Source: a virus
Direction: 5' to 3' (one strand)
Virus record (IMG/VR): IMGVR_UViG_2563366730_000001
Span: 1-57,693 of that record
Length of the DNA stretch: 57,693 bases
Shown here: piece after piece, positions 1 to 8,471 of the stretch
Position numbering within the stretch: position 1 is the stretch's first letter
How the letters are laid out: every line of letters starts with the position of its first letter
The notes under the pieces: generated by a model
What the model saw: only the letters and a program-made list of their open reading frames with translations
Database searches by the model: none
Told to the model about the DNA's origin: nothing
Translations under genes and position numbers: made by a program

Positions 1-95
1 ATGTAATTATTTCATAAAAACCAAAATATGCTAAGGAATAATTAATCAAAATATAACAAATTATTCTAAAACTTAATAATTCAAGACACACCTCA
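1..95. repeat. 95-bp terminal direct repeat, left copy (identical to 57599..57693)
   Basis: Base-by-base comparison of the first and last 95 nt of the window shows an exact match. Confidence 0.95.
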
Positions 96-179
96 CGTTG
101 AAACTGTGGTTAAGCTAGTTAAGTAATACCAATGGTTTAAGGGTTTTAGAGAGTTTGAAAAATCGATATTTCCTACATT

Positions 180-208
180 TTTCCGACATAAAAATATTAT
201 GTCGGAAA
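180..208. repeat. 29-bp hairpin-forming repeat TTTCCGACAT-AAAAATATT-ATGTCGGAAA, copy 1
   Basis: Perfect 10-bp inverted arms with a 9-nt loop. Identical 29-mer at 1422..1450. Confidence 0.9.
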
Positions 209-299
209 CTAAACTAAGACAAGAGGCTTTTGAATTTTAGAATAAGATATACTAATTATGCTAAGATATGAATCTTAAGTTGTTTTTGGGGGAAAAGTT

Positions 300-1298
300 A
301 TGAAAAAAAGACTAATATTATTTTTTCATCCAGCCGATGAAAGAAAGCCCGAAAAGGATCAAACTATATATAAATGGGCAAAAGATGTTAGGCATTCACG
401 CAAGTACGTAGTCTCAAATGGGAAGTTGTTATCATCTATAGATGATGAAATTAAGGAATGTAATTTTGGATTTTGGACTGAATGGGAGGCAATATCCAGA
501 TTTGAAGAAATAAACAATGCAAGCGAAAATAAAAAAGGTTTTCCAGAGAGAAGGCATTATCCAATTAAGCCACTTTCTGAAGGTTGTAATTCCATAAGTT
601 CAGAGGGAAATGGAAGTTGCAAAACAGGATATTTGAATACAGATCCATGTGTGCTTGGAAATATGTTTTTATATTCTAATTGTCAACAAGATAACAATGT
701 GAAAAAGTGTAAGATACTAAAAGATTTAGAGCCAGGTGGAATTATTCTTTTTGGATCTGGGAAGCAATCTAACGAAAAAAATATATATGATAAGTTTATA
801 TGTGATACCATTTTTGTTACAAAATATAAAATTGAGAATTTGTCTTCTGAAACTTTTGAAGACTTCTATAATGATACTATTCAAAAGCTTAAAGAACAAA
901 AAGCACCTGATAGAACTTTAGAGAGATTTACTAGACTTAGCAAGTGGTACTATACTTTAACTATAGAATCTTTAAAGAATAAGAATAAGTATTATACTCT
1001 ATATATTGGAGCTACTATTGATGATAGGATAGATAATATTTATAGCTATGTTCCATGTAAAGAAATAGAGGATTTAAACTCTGATATTGGATTTGAAAGA
1101 CCAGATTTATCAAGAGTTCTTAAAAATTATTTTACGAATGTTAAAAACAATAATGGAGGTTTTGGAAACCAAACAATAAATTATAAGAATGACGTTGATG
1201 ATATAGAAGACATAGAGGAAGTATGGAATAAAATTAAGGAATGTATTATAAATCACTATAAGCTAGATATTGGTACATTATGCGATTTTTATGAATAA
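300..1298 (+). CDS. hypothetical protein (332 aa), integrase-adjacent cargo gene
   Basis: Long ORF with an SD-like GGGGGAAAAG upstream of the ATG. Convergent with int and bracketed by the 29-bp repeat. No family recognised by eye. Cys-rich central segment. Confidence 0.7.
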   Translation: MKKRLILFFHPADERKPEKDQTIYKWAKDVRHSRKYVVSNGKLLSSIDDEIKECNFGFWTEWEAISRFEEINNASENKKGFPERRHYPIKPLSEGCNSISSEGNGSCKTGYLNTDPCVLGNMFLYSNCQQDNNVKKCKILKDLEPGGIILFGSGKQSNEKNIYDKFICDTIFVTKYKIENLSSETFEDFYNDTIQKLKEQKAPDRTLERFTRLSKWYYTLTIESLKNKNKYYTLYIGATIDDRIDNIYSYVPCKEIEDLNSDIGFERPDLSRVLKNYFTNVKNNNGGFGNQTINYKNDVDDIEDIEEVWNKIKECIINHYKLDIGTLCDFYE

Positions 1299-1421
1299 GT
1301 ATTAAAAAATATACGATTATGTGTTTTCTTTTAAGCTTATATTTTATACAGACATGTGTTGAAATTATGTTAACATAAGTAATCTTAATGCTTAGATTAC
1401 TTTAGAAATCTAAAAGCGAGA

Positions 1422-1450
1422 TTTCCGACATAAAAATATTATGTCGGAAA
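1422..1450. repeat. 29-bp hairpin-forming repeat, copy 2 (overlaps the int stop codon)
   Basis: Identical to 180..208. The last int codons (..TTT CCG ACA TAA on the minus strand) lie inside it. Confidence 0.9.
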
Positions 1451-2596
1451 TTTTGTCTTTATTATAGTTTCAAAAATATCAACACTCTCTTTTTTCATTT
1501 TTTCAGTTACATGTGAATATGTATCCATTGTTGTTGCTAATTTACTATGCCCTAGACGAGCTTGTATTTCTTTTATATTAGCTCCAGATTCTAATAACAT
1601 AGTAGCATGTGTATGTCTTAGAGAATGAAATTTGAAATTAATACCTAATTCGTAATTGACTACTCGACTTAGATACTTTAAACTGTCGGTAGTAAGTAAT
1701 TCCCCATTTTCTTTTAAGCATACAAAATCAAAATCATTTTTCTTATAATGAACACCATATTTAAGTTTATTTTCAAGTTGACTTTTATGGTGTTTTTTTA
1801 ATAAGTTAATTAGTGTTTTACCAATGTATATTGTTCTTATACTACTTGCAGTTTTTGGACTATTAAAAATCCAAACACCTAAATCGTTACGATAGAGAAT
1901 TTTTTCAACCTTTATAGTTCCTTTTTCTAAATCAATACAATCCCAGGTTAAACTCATAACTTCAGCTGCTCTCATTCCAGTATGAAAAGCTATTTGTAAA
2001 GGTGTATAGAAGTTAGAACCATAAGGAAATCGTTCGATTATTCTACTGTAGTCTTCAGTTGTTATTATTTTAAGATCATCTGGATTATTTATTAATCTGG
2101 TATCATATTTAGGTAAATATACATGAATCATTGGGTTTACTTTTATCAATTCATATGGATTTACAGCCATTCTAAATGAGCCGCTTAGAACACCATATAA
2201 ATTAGATAAATAGTTCTTACTAAATCCATTTCTGTATTTAAGGTTTATCAACTCTTGTAATCTTGCAGAGGTAACTTGCTTAAGTTTATAAATACCTAAA
2301 TCCTTTTTTATGTGATTCCTTATAAGCTGTTCATAGCTCTTCTGGGTATTAGGCTTACAGTTTATAAGAACATACTCTTTAAACCAGTAATCAAGATAAT
2401 CACTTATACTCATATCACTTTCTGTAAAAACACTTCCAGCACTTTCAAATTCAACTATAGCTTTTCTAAGTGATTCAAGAGCTTCTTTTTTTGTAGATCC
2501 ACCAGCTCTTTCTATTCTTTTTCTTTTGCCGTTCTCTCTTCCAACTTCAAAAGAGTAGTACCATTTACCATTTTTCTTTCGGACACTTCCTTGCAT
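1439..2596 (-). CDS. int: tyrosine site-specific integrase
   Basis: N-terminal arm-binding type sequence (GSVRKKNGKWYYSF). Catalytic-region motifs TGMRAAEV, HSLRHTHAT, LGHS and DTYSHV. SD GGAGGTG lies upstream. Confidence 0.95.
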   Translation of the reverse strand: MQGSVRKKNGKWYYSFEVGRENGKRKRIERAGGSTKKEALESLRKAIVEFESAGSVFTESDMSISDYLDYWFKEYVLINCKPNTQKSYEQLIRNHIKKDLGIYKLKQVTSARLQELINLKYRNGFSKNYLSNLYGVLSGSFRMAVNPYELIKVNPMIHVYLPKYDTRLINNPDDLKIITTEDYSRIIERFPYGSNFYTPLQIAFHTGMRAAEVMSLTWDCIDLEKGTIKVEKILYRNDLGVWIFNSPKTASSIRTIYIGKTLINLLKKHHKSQLENKLKYGVHYKKNDFDFVCLKENGELLTTDSLKYLSRVVNYELGINFKFHSLRHTHATMLLESGANIKEIQARLGHSKLATTMDTYSHVTEKMKKESVDIFETIIKTKFPT

Positions 2597-2745
2597 GTTA
2601 ACACCTCCGTATTTAATTCTCCTATAGTAGAAAAGTAGTTTCTATAGGTAATGTTTTCCCCATTCTGTATACAGATATCTTTTTTTATGCTTTTATAAAT
2701 AGTTTGTTTATTAATTCGAATACATAGAATATATTCTTCTAACAT
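2512..2745 (-). CDS. small protein upstream of int, possible Xis/HTH-like
   Basis: 77-aa ORF with a strong SD (GGGGGA, 6-nt spacing). Its 3' end overlaps the int 5' end in another frame. Function inferred only from position. Confidence 0.4.
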   Translation of the reverse strand: MLEEYILCIRINKQTIYKSIKKDICIQNGENITYRNYFSTIGELNTEVLTCKEVSERKMVNGTTLLKLEERTAKEKE

Positions 2746-2760
2746 AGAACATCCCCCTTA

Positions 2761-2799
2761 TTACAAAGTAAATAAAAAGTTTCTTTATTCACTTTGTAA
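2761..2799. promoter_or_regulatory. 16-bp-arm inverted repeat (1 mismatch, 7-nt loop) directly 5' of the xis-like/int unit
   Basis: TTACAAAGTAAATAAA aagtttc TTTATTCACTTTGTAA read directly from the sequence. Confidence 0.5.
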
Positions 2800-2973
2800 T
2801 AATTATTTCATAAATTGAATAATTATGTAATTGTCTGTATACAGAATTTATCTTCAAAATATAACAAAATTAGCTTATATAATCCAAATTAAATATGTAG
2901 ACAACAAAAAACAATTAATATATACATTTGAATATGTTAAGTATGTTTATATAAGTAAATTAAATAAAAGAAT

Positions 2974-3010
2974 TAAAAAAAGACAGTAGATATTTTTTTA
3001 TCTACTGTCT
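2974..3010 (-). terminator. rho-independent terminator of the repressor gene
   Basis: 11-bp stem AGACAGTAGAT/ATCTACTGTCT followed by a T-run on the minus strand. Overlaps the repressor stop codon. Confidence 0.7.
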
Positions 3011-3389
3011 AGTCGTTTTTGTTTTTAGCTTTTTCAATTAATTTATTAACATCAAATCCTACTTCTTTAAGTTGATTAATTAAATTTTCAACTTCTTGTG
3101 GAGTAAGATTATGAGGATAATTTTTATTTATTTCTATCTCTATATCATTACCATCTAAATTATAATTATATATTTTTGCTATTGGATTATCAGTTCTATA
3201 TAATAAATAATCTATAGATACATTAAAATAATCAGCTATTTTTATAATCATATCTGCATCTGGAGTTCTTTTACCATTTTCCCAGTTAGAAATAGTTCCT
3301 TTATGAACATTAAACATTTTCCCTAACTCTTGTTGATTTAAGCATTTGTCTTCTCTTAATTCTTTTATTCTATCACCAATAGTTTTCAT
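3009..3389 (-). CDS. CI-like XRE-family repressor
   Basis: N-terminal HTH_XRE (LNQQELGKMFNVHKGTISNWENGKRTP). Divergent from a Cro-like gene. Confidence 0.85.
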   Translation of the reverse strand: MKTIGDRIKELREDKCLNQQELGKMFNVHKGTISNWENGKRTPDADMIIKIADYFNVSIDYLLYRTDNPIAKIYNYNLDGNDIEIEINKNYPHNLTPQEVENLINQLKEVGFDVNKLIEKAKNKND

Positions 3390-3486
3390 AATGACTACCT
3401 CCTATATATTATTATACACAATTAATTATTATAAAAATAAATAACGACATAATGAATATTTTTTTTGAAAAAGATTAAAAATAGTA

Positions 3487-3515
3487 TTGACAGACGACAA
3501 TATGACAACTATAAT
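3487..3515 (+). promoter_or_regulatory. sigma-A type early rightward promoter
   Basis: TTGACA (3487..3492), a 17-nt spacer, then TATAAT (3510..3515). Located 45 nt upstream of the Cro-like ATG. Confidence 0.7.
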
Positions 3516-3559
3516 TGAATTATGATAAGTAGTCACTTTGAATACAAGGAGGTGATTAA

Positions 3560-3784
3560 ATGGTTAATCGTAAATTAAAGTCACTTAGAGCTAAATATGG
3601 AGATACCCAAACAGACTTAGCTGATTTTCTCGATATAAGAGTATCTACATTCAATTTTAAAGAGAATGGTAAAACTGAATTCACGCTTAGTGAAGCATAC
3701 AAAATATCTAGAAAATATAATAGCTCAATAGAAGAAATTTTTTTTACTGACCTTGACGTCGATATGACAACAGATACGGCTTAA
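3560..3784 (+). CDS. Cro-like XRE-family regulator
   Basis: HTH (TQTDLADFLDIRVSTFNFKENGKT). SD AAGGAGGTG. Divergent from the repressor. Confidence 0.8.
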   Translation: MVNRKLKSLRAKYGDTQTDLADFLDIRVSTFNFKENGKTEFTLSEAYKISRKYNSSIEEIFFTDLDVDMTTDTA

Positions 3785-3946
3785 TATATCTTATGTAGTT
3801 CTTTAAAAAATAAATTAGTAAAAGTGAGGTATGTAAAAGGCAGGAAAAGTAACAATTCTAGTATTTAAGAACTGTTAGAGAAATGACTATTATATTGATA
3901 TTTTAAATAAGATTGTAAGAAAGTTTAGATAGAAAAGGAGATAAGA

Positions 3947-4099
3947 ATGGTCATAAGGTTATTTATAAGAATATTACTTAAGAATAAAGATAGCTTCATT
4001 AAACCGATTAAGTTAAATGGGGAAGTTTATGTAATTAATATTGAGAAATACGAATCATCAGATATGTATATGAAAGGTTTAGAGGGAAAAGTGCTTTAG
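3947..4099 (+). CDS. small hypothetical protein (50 aa)
   Basis: Hand-translated ORF below the track cutoff. SD AAAGGAG lies 6 nt upstream. The ORF ends inside a hairpin. Confidence 0.35.
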   Translation: MVIRLFIRILLKNKDSFIKPIKLNGEVYVINIEKYESSDMYMKGLEGKVL

Positions 4100-4116
4100 T
4101 TCAGAAACTAAAGCAC
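4091..4116. terminator. hairpin between convergent genes (possible bidirectional terminator)
   Basis: 10-bp stem GTGCTTTAGT/ACTAAAGCAC with a 6-nt loop. The flanking U-tracts are weak. Confidence 0.45.
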
Positions 4117-4124
4117 AATTGTAA

Positions 4125-4349
4125 TTAAAGGTACGAATTTAGTTTATTTAGTCTAGGGCAACATTTTTCAATTTTATTAGTGATTGAAGAATAAAGATCT
4201 ATATCTACATTTATGCTTTTGTGAGATATAGGAGAGTTAGGAAGATTTTTAAGTTCGGTTAATTTTTTAATTTCCTTTTTAAAATGTCCATAGATAAAAA
4301 TTATTTCTTCAGATGTAAAATCAAAATCCATTAATAGTTCTCCTTTCAT
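4125..4349 (-). CDS. hypothetical protein
   Basis: 74-aa ORF on the minus strand within the early region. No motif recognised. Confidence 0.5.
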   Translation of the reverse strand: MKGELLMDFDFTSEEIIFIYGHFKKEIKKLTELKNLPNSPISHKSINVDIDLYSSITNKIEKCCPRLNKLNSYL

Positions 4350-4426
4350 ATGTATTTGGTATTACACTACCATAATTACATTATAGGATGATAATGGAAG
4401 TAAAACAATAAAAAGGAGGTAACAGT

Positions 4427-4618
4427 ATGGAAGAATTAAAGTTTACTGTTACACAAGAGCAAAGAGAGAAAACAATAGATAAAATTTTAAAACTTGTAGA
4501 GAGTGAGTTTGAAGGAGTAGAAATTACAGCATTATTTACTAAAGTGATTTTACAAGAAACTATAAAAACATTAGAAGATAGATGCTTATCAGCAACACTT
4601 AAAAATTTAAATAAATAA
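4427..4618 (+). CDS. hypothetical protein
   Basis: 63-aa ORF with SD AAAGGAGG. Confidence 0.6.
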   Translation: MEELKFTVTQEQREKTIDKILKLVESEFEGVEITALFTKVILQETIKTLEDRCLSATLKNLNK

Positions 4619-4661
4619 GGGTAAGATGGAAGGGAATAAATCCTAAGGAGGAATCCCTAAA

Positions 4662-4877
4662 GTGTCAGTTTTAAAAACAAAAGAATTGAGAAGAGAGAAA
4701 AGAATATCTTTATCTCAATTAAGTTACAAAAGTGGAGTGGCTAGAGGGTATTTAACAGAGTTGGAAAAAGGGAAATACTCTAATCCAGGAATACAAGTTC
4801 TTGGTAAGTTGTGTAAGGCCTTAAAAGTAACACCAAATGAGCTTATAAGTGAAAGTATTTGGAAGTGGGAGGAGTGA
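4662..4877 (+). CDS. XRE-family HTH regulator
   Basis: GTG start after SD AAGGAGG. HTH sequence ISLSQLSYKSGVARGYLTELEKGK. Confidence 0.8.
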   Translation: MSVLKTKELRREKRISLSQLSYKSGVARGYLTELEKGKYSNPGIQVLGKLCKALKVTPNELISESIWKWEE

Positions 4878-4882
4878 TATTA

Positions 4883-5086
4883 TTGGATCCAGTACTTTAT
4901 ACAGTTGCAGAAGTAGCAGAATTATTAAAAATAAATAGAAATGCAGTTTATGAACTTATTAGTAAAAATATTCTAGTAGGCTTAAAGTTGGGAAGTATGA
5001 AAATAACTAAAGCTGAGCTAATGAGATTTCTAAATGAATATGTAGGTAAGGACTTAAGTGATTTAGATGATATAAAGAAGTTATAA
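4883..5086 (+). CDS. xis: excisionase-family (MerR-like) HTH DNA-binding protein
   Basis: YTVAEVAELLKINRNAVYELISKNIL..GLKLG matches the excisionase-family HTH pattern. Probable TTG start 8 nt after GGGAGGAG. The track ORF begins at 4859. Confidence 0.7.
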   Translation: MDPVLYTVAEVAELLKINRNAVYELISKNILVGLKLGSMKITKAELMRFLNEYVGKDLSDLDDIKKL

Positions 5087-5097
5087 GGAGGGTGAAA

Positions 5098-5277
5098 ATG
5101 AAGGGAATTTCAACAGTTAAGGACTTAGTAAATTATTTAAATAACTTTGAAGAAGACATGGAAGTAAGGATACAGCAGATAGAACCTGTATCAATTTATA
5201 GAATTAACAAACGTGAGATAAACATCTACAAGTATGGAAAAGTAATAGGAAAGAAAACAGTTTTAGTAATTTGCTAA
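5098..5277 (+). CDS. hypothetical protein
   Basis: ORF with SD AAGGAGGG. The track start at 5092 (GTG) is an alternative. Confidence 0.6.
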   Translation: MKGISTVKDLVNYLNNFEEDMEVRIQQIEPVSIYRINKREINIYKYGKVIGKKTVLVIC

Positions 5278-5291
5278 AACATCAGATGAGT

Positions 5292-5311
5292 AAGGCTGAA
5301 AAGCCTTTTTA
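5292..5311 (+). terminator. rho-independent terminator
   Basis: AAGGCT gaaa AGCCTT followed by TTTT. Confidence 0.7.
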
Positions 5312-5413
5312 AAATAAGTTTTTTCTGTAAAAAAGAAAATACCTTCCCAATATATTCTATGTGGGACTGGTTGAAAAGATTACAAAAAGTTTTTATATAA
5401 GGAGTGAAGAATT

Positions 5414-7147
5414 TTGAGTATACAAGAATTAGTCCAATGTCAAGTAGAGGGGTTAAGAATAAAGAAGTTAAATATTAAAAACTTCTTAGGTTTAGAAGAG
5501 TTAGGATTAGATTGCAGCAAGGTAAATCTTATAAAGGGGCCTAAGGGAAGTGGTAAAAGTTCTATTATAGAAGCCATAGAAAAGACATTTACTAATAGGA
5601 ATAGACGTACAGAGGTTATAAAACATGGGGAAGAGGAAGCTACATTATTTGTTGAATTAGATGGCGGATTATCTGTAGATAGAAGATTAAGAACAGATAA
5701 AGGGGATTACTTAAAAGTAAGGAAAGAAGATGGAGCAGTTCCAAGTACAGAAAAGTTTTTAAGAAGTTTAATAAATGGAGATATTTTTAGACCATTAGAT
5801 TGGGTAAATATGAATATTAAAGAACAAACAAAATCTATCCTAAGTATGTTAGAAATCGGTTGGAGCAAAGAAGATATTGTTAATTGGTTTGGCGACCTCC
5901 CTAGCAATATCGACTTTGACCAACACATTCTACTCATTCTTAAGAGTATAGAACAAAAATACTACAAAGATAGGGAAGAAGTCAATAGGAAGATAAGAGA
6001 ACTTAAGACTCAGATAAAAGTAATATTGGATGAATTACCTGCAGAATATGATGGAGAAGAGTGGAGAAATCTTAAAATTCAGGAGTACTATAACAAAGTT
6101 TCAGAAGCTCAAAAAATTAACCACTGGATTGAAGAAGCTAAGAATTTACAGGCTAACTTTGAGGATAAGATTAACTCCATAAAAGCTAATGGTGAAAGTG
6201 AGAAGTCTAAGATAGCTTTAAAGTTTAAAGATAATAGGCAGGACATAAAGGATATTATAGAACTTTCTAAATCTAAGATAGATAAAGCAAAAGATACTAT
6301 TAATGGATTAGATAAGACTTATGAAACAGGACTAAAAGGGATTGAATTAGATAATGAGAGAGCTAAGGTAGACCTAGAAACAGAGTTACAAGCCAAGATT
6401 CAAGAACTTAAGTCTTCATATATAGAAAGAATGGATTTAGTTAATAAAAAAGCTAATGAGGATAAAGAAAACCTAAAGAAGCAACTAGAAATAACAAAGG
6501 AAGAGTCCAAGGACCTTATATCTATAAATGAAAATAAAGTAGCAGCTAAAGAACAGGAGCTTTTATCTATGGATAGCTTAGAACAGCAGGAACTTAAAGC
6601 TGTAGATGAAAAAGTAAATGCAGAGGTAGAAAAAGAAGAAGTTAGGATTGGCAAGTCAATTGAGTATTTAGAAAATAATGAACCTGTGGATATAGATCCA
6701 TTACAAGAAGAAGCAGAAAAAATAAGTGAAATGCAAAGTTACTTAAGACAATGGGATATGATGCTAAACATTCGTGATGGAGAGTTAGCAGATAAAGAGA
6801 GATATAGTAATGATCTTACTATAAAAATAGATAAGGCAAGAGAGTTACCAGGAGACTTACTAAAGAAAGCTAAGATGCCTATAGAGGGAATAAGTGTAGA
6901 TTCTGATGGATTAATAAGAATAAATGGAACTCTAATAGATGGTTTAAGTGATGGAGAAAAGCTTGAATTAGCTATGAAGATTGCAAAGGCACAAGCAGGA
7001 GTACTTAAAATTATTTGCTTAGATAAATTTGAGTCTTTAAATCCAAAGGCACAAGAAAAGCTTATAGAGGAAATGAAAAAAGATGAATATCAATATTTTG
7101 TAACTAGCACTATGGCAGATGAATTTGAAATAGAAAAAATAGGATAG
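5414..7147 (+). CDS. SbcC/RecN-like SMC-type AAA ATPase of the recombination module
   Basis: Walker A GPKGSGKSS, a long coiled-coil middle, signature-like LSDGEK and Walker B ICLDKFESL. TTG start with SD AAGGAG. Confidence 0.8.
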   Translation: MSIQELVQCQVEGLRIKKLNIKNFLGLEELGLDCSKVNLIKGPKGSGKSSIIEAIEKTFTNRNRRTEVIKHGEEEATLFVELDGGLSVDRRLRTDKGDYLKVRKEDGAVPSTEKFLRSLINGDIFRPLDWVNMNIKEQTKSILSMLEIGWSKEDIVNWFGDLPSNIDFDQHILLILKSIEQKYYKDREEVNRKIRELKTQIKVILDELPAEYDGEEWRNLKIQEYYNKVSEAQKINHWIEEAKNLQANFEDKINSIKANGESEKSKIALKFKDNRQDIKDIIELSKSKIDKAKDTINGLDKTYETGLKGIELDNERAKVDLETELQAKIQELKSSYIERMDLVNKKANEDKENLKKQLEITKEESKDLISINENKVAAKEQELLSMDSLEQQELKAVDEKVNAEVEKEEVRIGKSIEYLENNEPVDIDPLQEEAEKISEMQSYLRQWDMMLNIRDGELADKERYSNDLTIKIDKARELPGDLLKKAKMPIEGISVDSDGLIRINGTLIDGLSDGEKLELAMKIAKAQAGVLKIICLDKFESLNPKAQEKLIEEMKKDEYQYFVTSTMADEFEIEKIG

Positions 7148-7158
7148 GGGGATTAAAA

Positions 7159-7395
7159 ATGAATAACAGTATTAAAGAAAAAACAATTGAAGAAATAAGA
7201 AATTGTATGAGAATTCAAAAAGAACTTTGTGAAGAAAAGGGGTATCCAAATTTTGCTCCAAGTAGCGGAACTTGTTGGAAGTGTAATAGAAATATTTATC
7301 AAAGTTATCAAATTAGAGAGAGGAAATCTATTGGAGAAACAGGAGAAAGGTTAGTAACCGGTTGTCCTCACTGTTTCAGAAGCTATTGTGATTAA
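7159..7395 (+). CDS. small zinc-ribbon protein
   Basis: CWKC...CPHC Cys pairs. Confidence 0.65.
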   Translation: MNNSIKEKTIEEIRNCMRIQKELCEEKGYPNFAPSSGTCWKCNRNIYQSYQIRERKSIGETGERLVTGCPHCFRSYCD

Positions 7396-7407
7396 GAGGT
7401 GTTTTTA

Positions 7408-8457
7408 ATGATTGAATTTATAGAAAATAAAAGTTTATTTCCTAGTGTAAAAATAGTCTTTGATACTAGAAAAGACAATGAAGAAAGAACTCAATGGCTT
7501 AATCAAAGATGTAATAGTATAGGCGGTTCAGAAATAGCGAAGATAGCAGGATTTAGTAAGTATGGAAGTCCATTAACTGTATTTAATGAGAAACTTGGAT
7601 TAAGTGAAAAGTTTAAAGGTAATATACACACTAAGTTTGGCAATAGAATGGAGCCAATAATTAGAGAATGGGTACAAGAAGACTTTGAGAAGGCTACAAA
7701 AATTAAACTTACTACTTATGAGTATCCATACATGATGGTTCATAAAGAACATGAATACTTTAGTGCTAATATAGATGGTTTAGCAAGATTAGAAGATAAC
7801 TACACATATTGGGAAAATAGAGATACAGCAGAGATTAAGCAAATAGGTAAGGATGAACTAATAGGTATTGAAATCAAAACAGCTAGTGAGTTTCTAACTA
7901 AGATGTGGCAAGGAGAAGAGATTCCAGATGAATATTATTGCCAAGTTCAATGGTATATGGGGATTACAGGTCTTAACTACTTCTTAATTGTTTACTTATT
8001 AGGTAAAGAAGTTAAATGGAAGGTAGTCCCTAGGAATGAAGATGATATAAAAGTTTTATTTGAAATGGGAGAAAAGTTTTGGAATAGTAATATTCTCACA
8101 AAGATACCACCAGAGCCAACAGGTTTAGAAGTAGAAACTAAAGAGATACTTTTTAAACAAGCCTTAGATAATGATATAGAAGCTACTATAACGGATAATA
8201 AGTTATCTAGGTATAAAGACATTACAGAAGAGATAAAAGCATTAGAGAAGGATAAGGAGCATATTAAACAACTTATATATTTAGATATGGGAGATAGTAA
8301 AAAAGCTACAGATGGAATTTATAAGATTAGTAGATTTGAAGTTAAAAAAGATAAGTTAGATACTAAGACACTTAAGGAAAAATATCCATTGACATATGAA
8401 GCTATACTTCAAGGACAAAGTGAATTTGTAAATATGAGAATTGCTAAATGTAAATAG
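7408..8457 (+). CDS. YqaJ-like (lambda Exo-type PD-(D/E)XK) recombination exonuclease
   Basis: IGGSEIAKIAG, NIDGL, IEIKT and YYCQVQWYM motifs. Sits adjacent to RecT. ATG at 7408 lies 8 nt after AAGAGG. The track start is 7399 (GTG). Confidence 0.85.
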   Translation: MIEFIENKSLFPSVKIVFDTRKDNEERTQWLNQRCNSIGGSEIAKIAGFSKYGSPLTVFNEKLGLSEKFKGNIHTKFGNRMEPIIREWVQEDFEKATKIKLTTYEYPYMMVHKEHEYFSANIDGLARLEDNYTYWENRDTAEIKQIGKDELIGIEIKTASEFLTKMWQGEEIPDEYYCQVQWYMGITGLNYFLIVYLLGKEVKWKVVPRNEDDIKVLFEMGEKFWNSNILTKIPPEPTGLEVETKEILFKQALDNDIEATITDNKLSRYKDITEEIKALEKDKEHIKQLIYLDMGDSKKATDGIYKISRFEVKKDKLDTKTLKEKYPLTYEAILQGQSEFVNMRIAKCK

Positions 8458-8471
8458 AAGGAGAGATAAAA

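Noticed and set aside
143-151. A GTTTTAGAG motif reminiscent of the 5' end of type II-A CRISPR repeats.
   Set aside because: It is a single occurrence with no repeat-spacer periodicity anywhere in the window. It is a chance match in AT-rich DNA.
736-921. A 61-aa same-strand ORF in an alternative frame inside 300..1298.
   Set aside because: It is nested in a longer ORF, with no SD and a hydrophobic, low-complexity translation.
5414-7147. A 577-aa SMC/SbcC-like ATPase considered as a possible Lamassu, Wadjet or Septu-type defence ATPase.
   Set aside because: It heads a textbook phage recombination block (ATPase, Zn-ribbon protein, YqaJ exonuclease, RecT) in the early operon. It has no nuclease or effector partner. 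A recombination role explains it.
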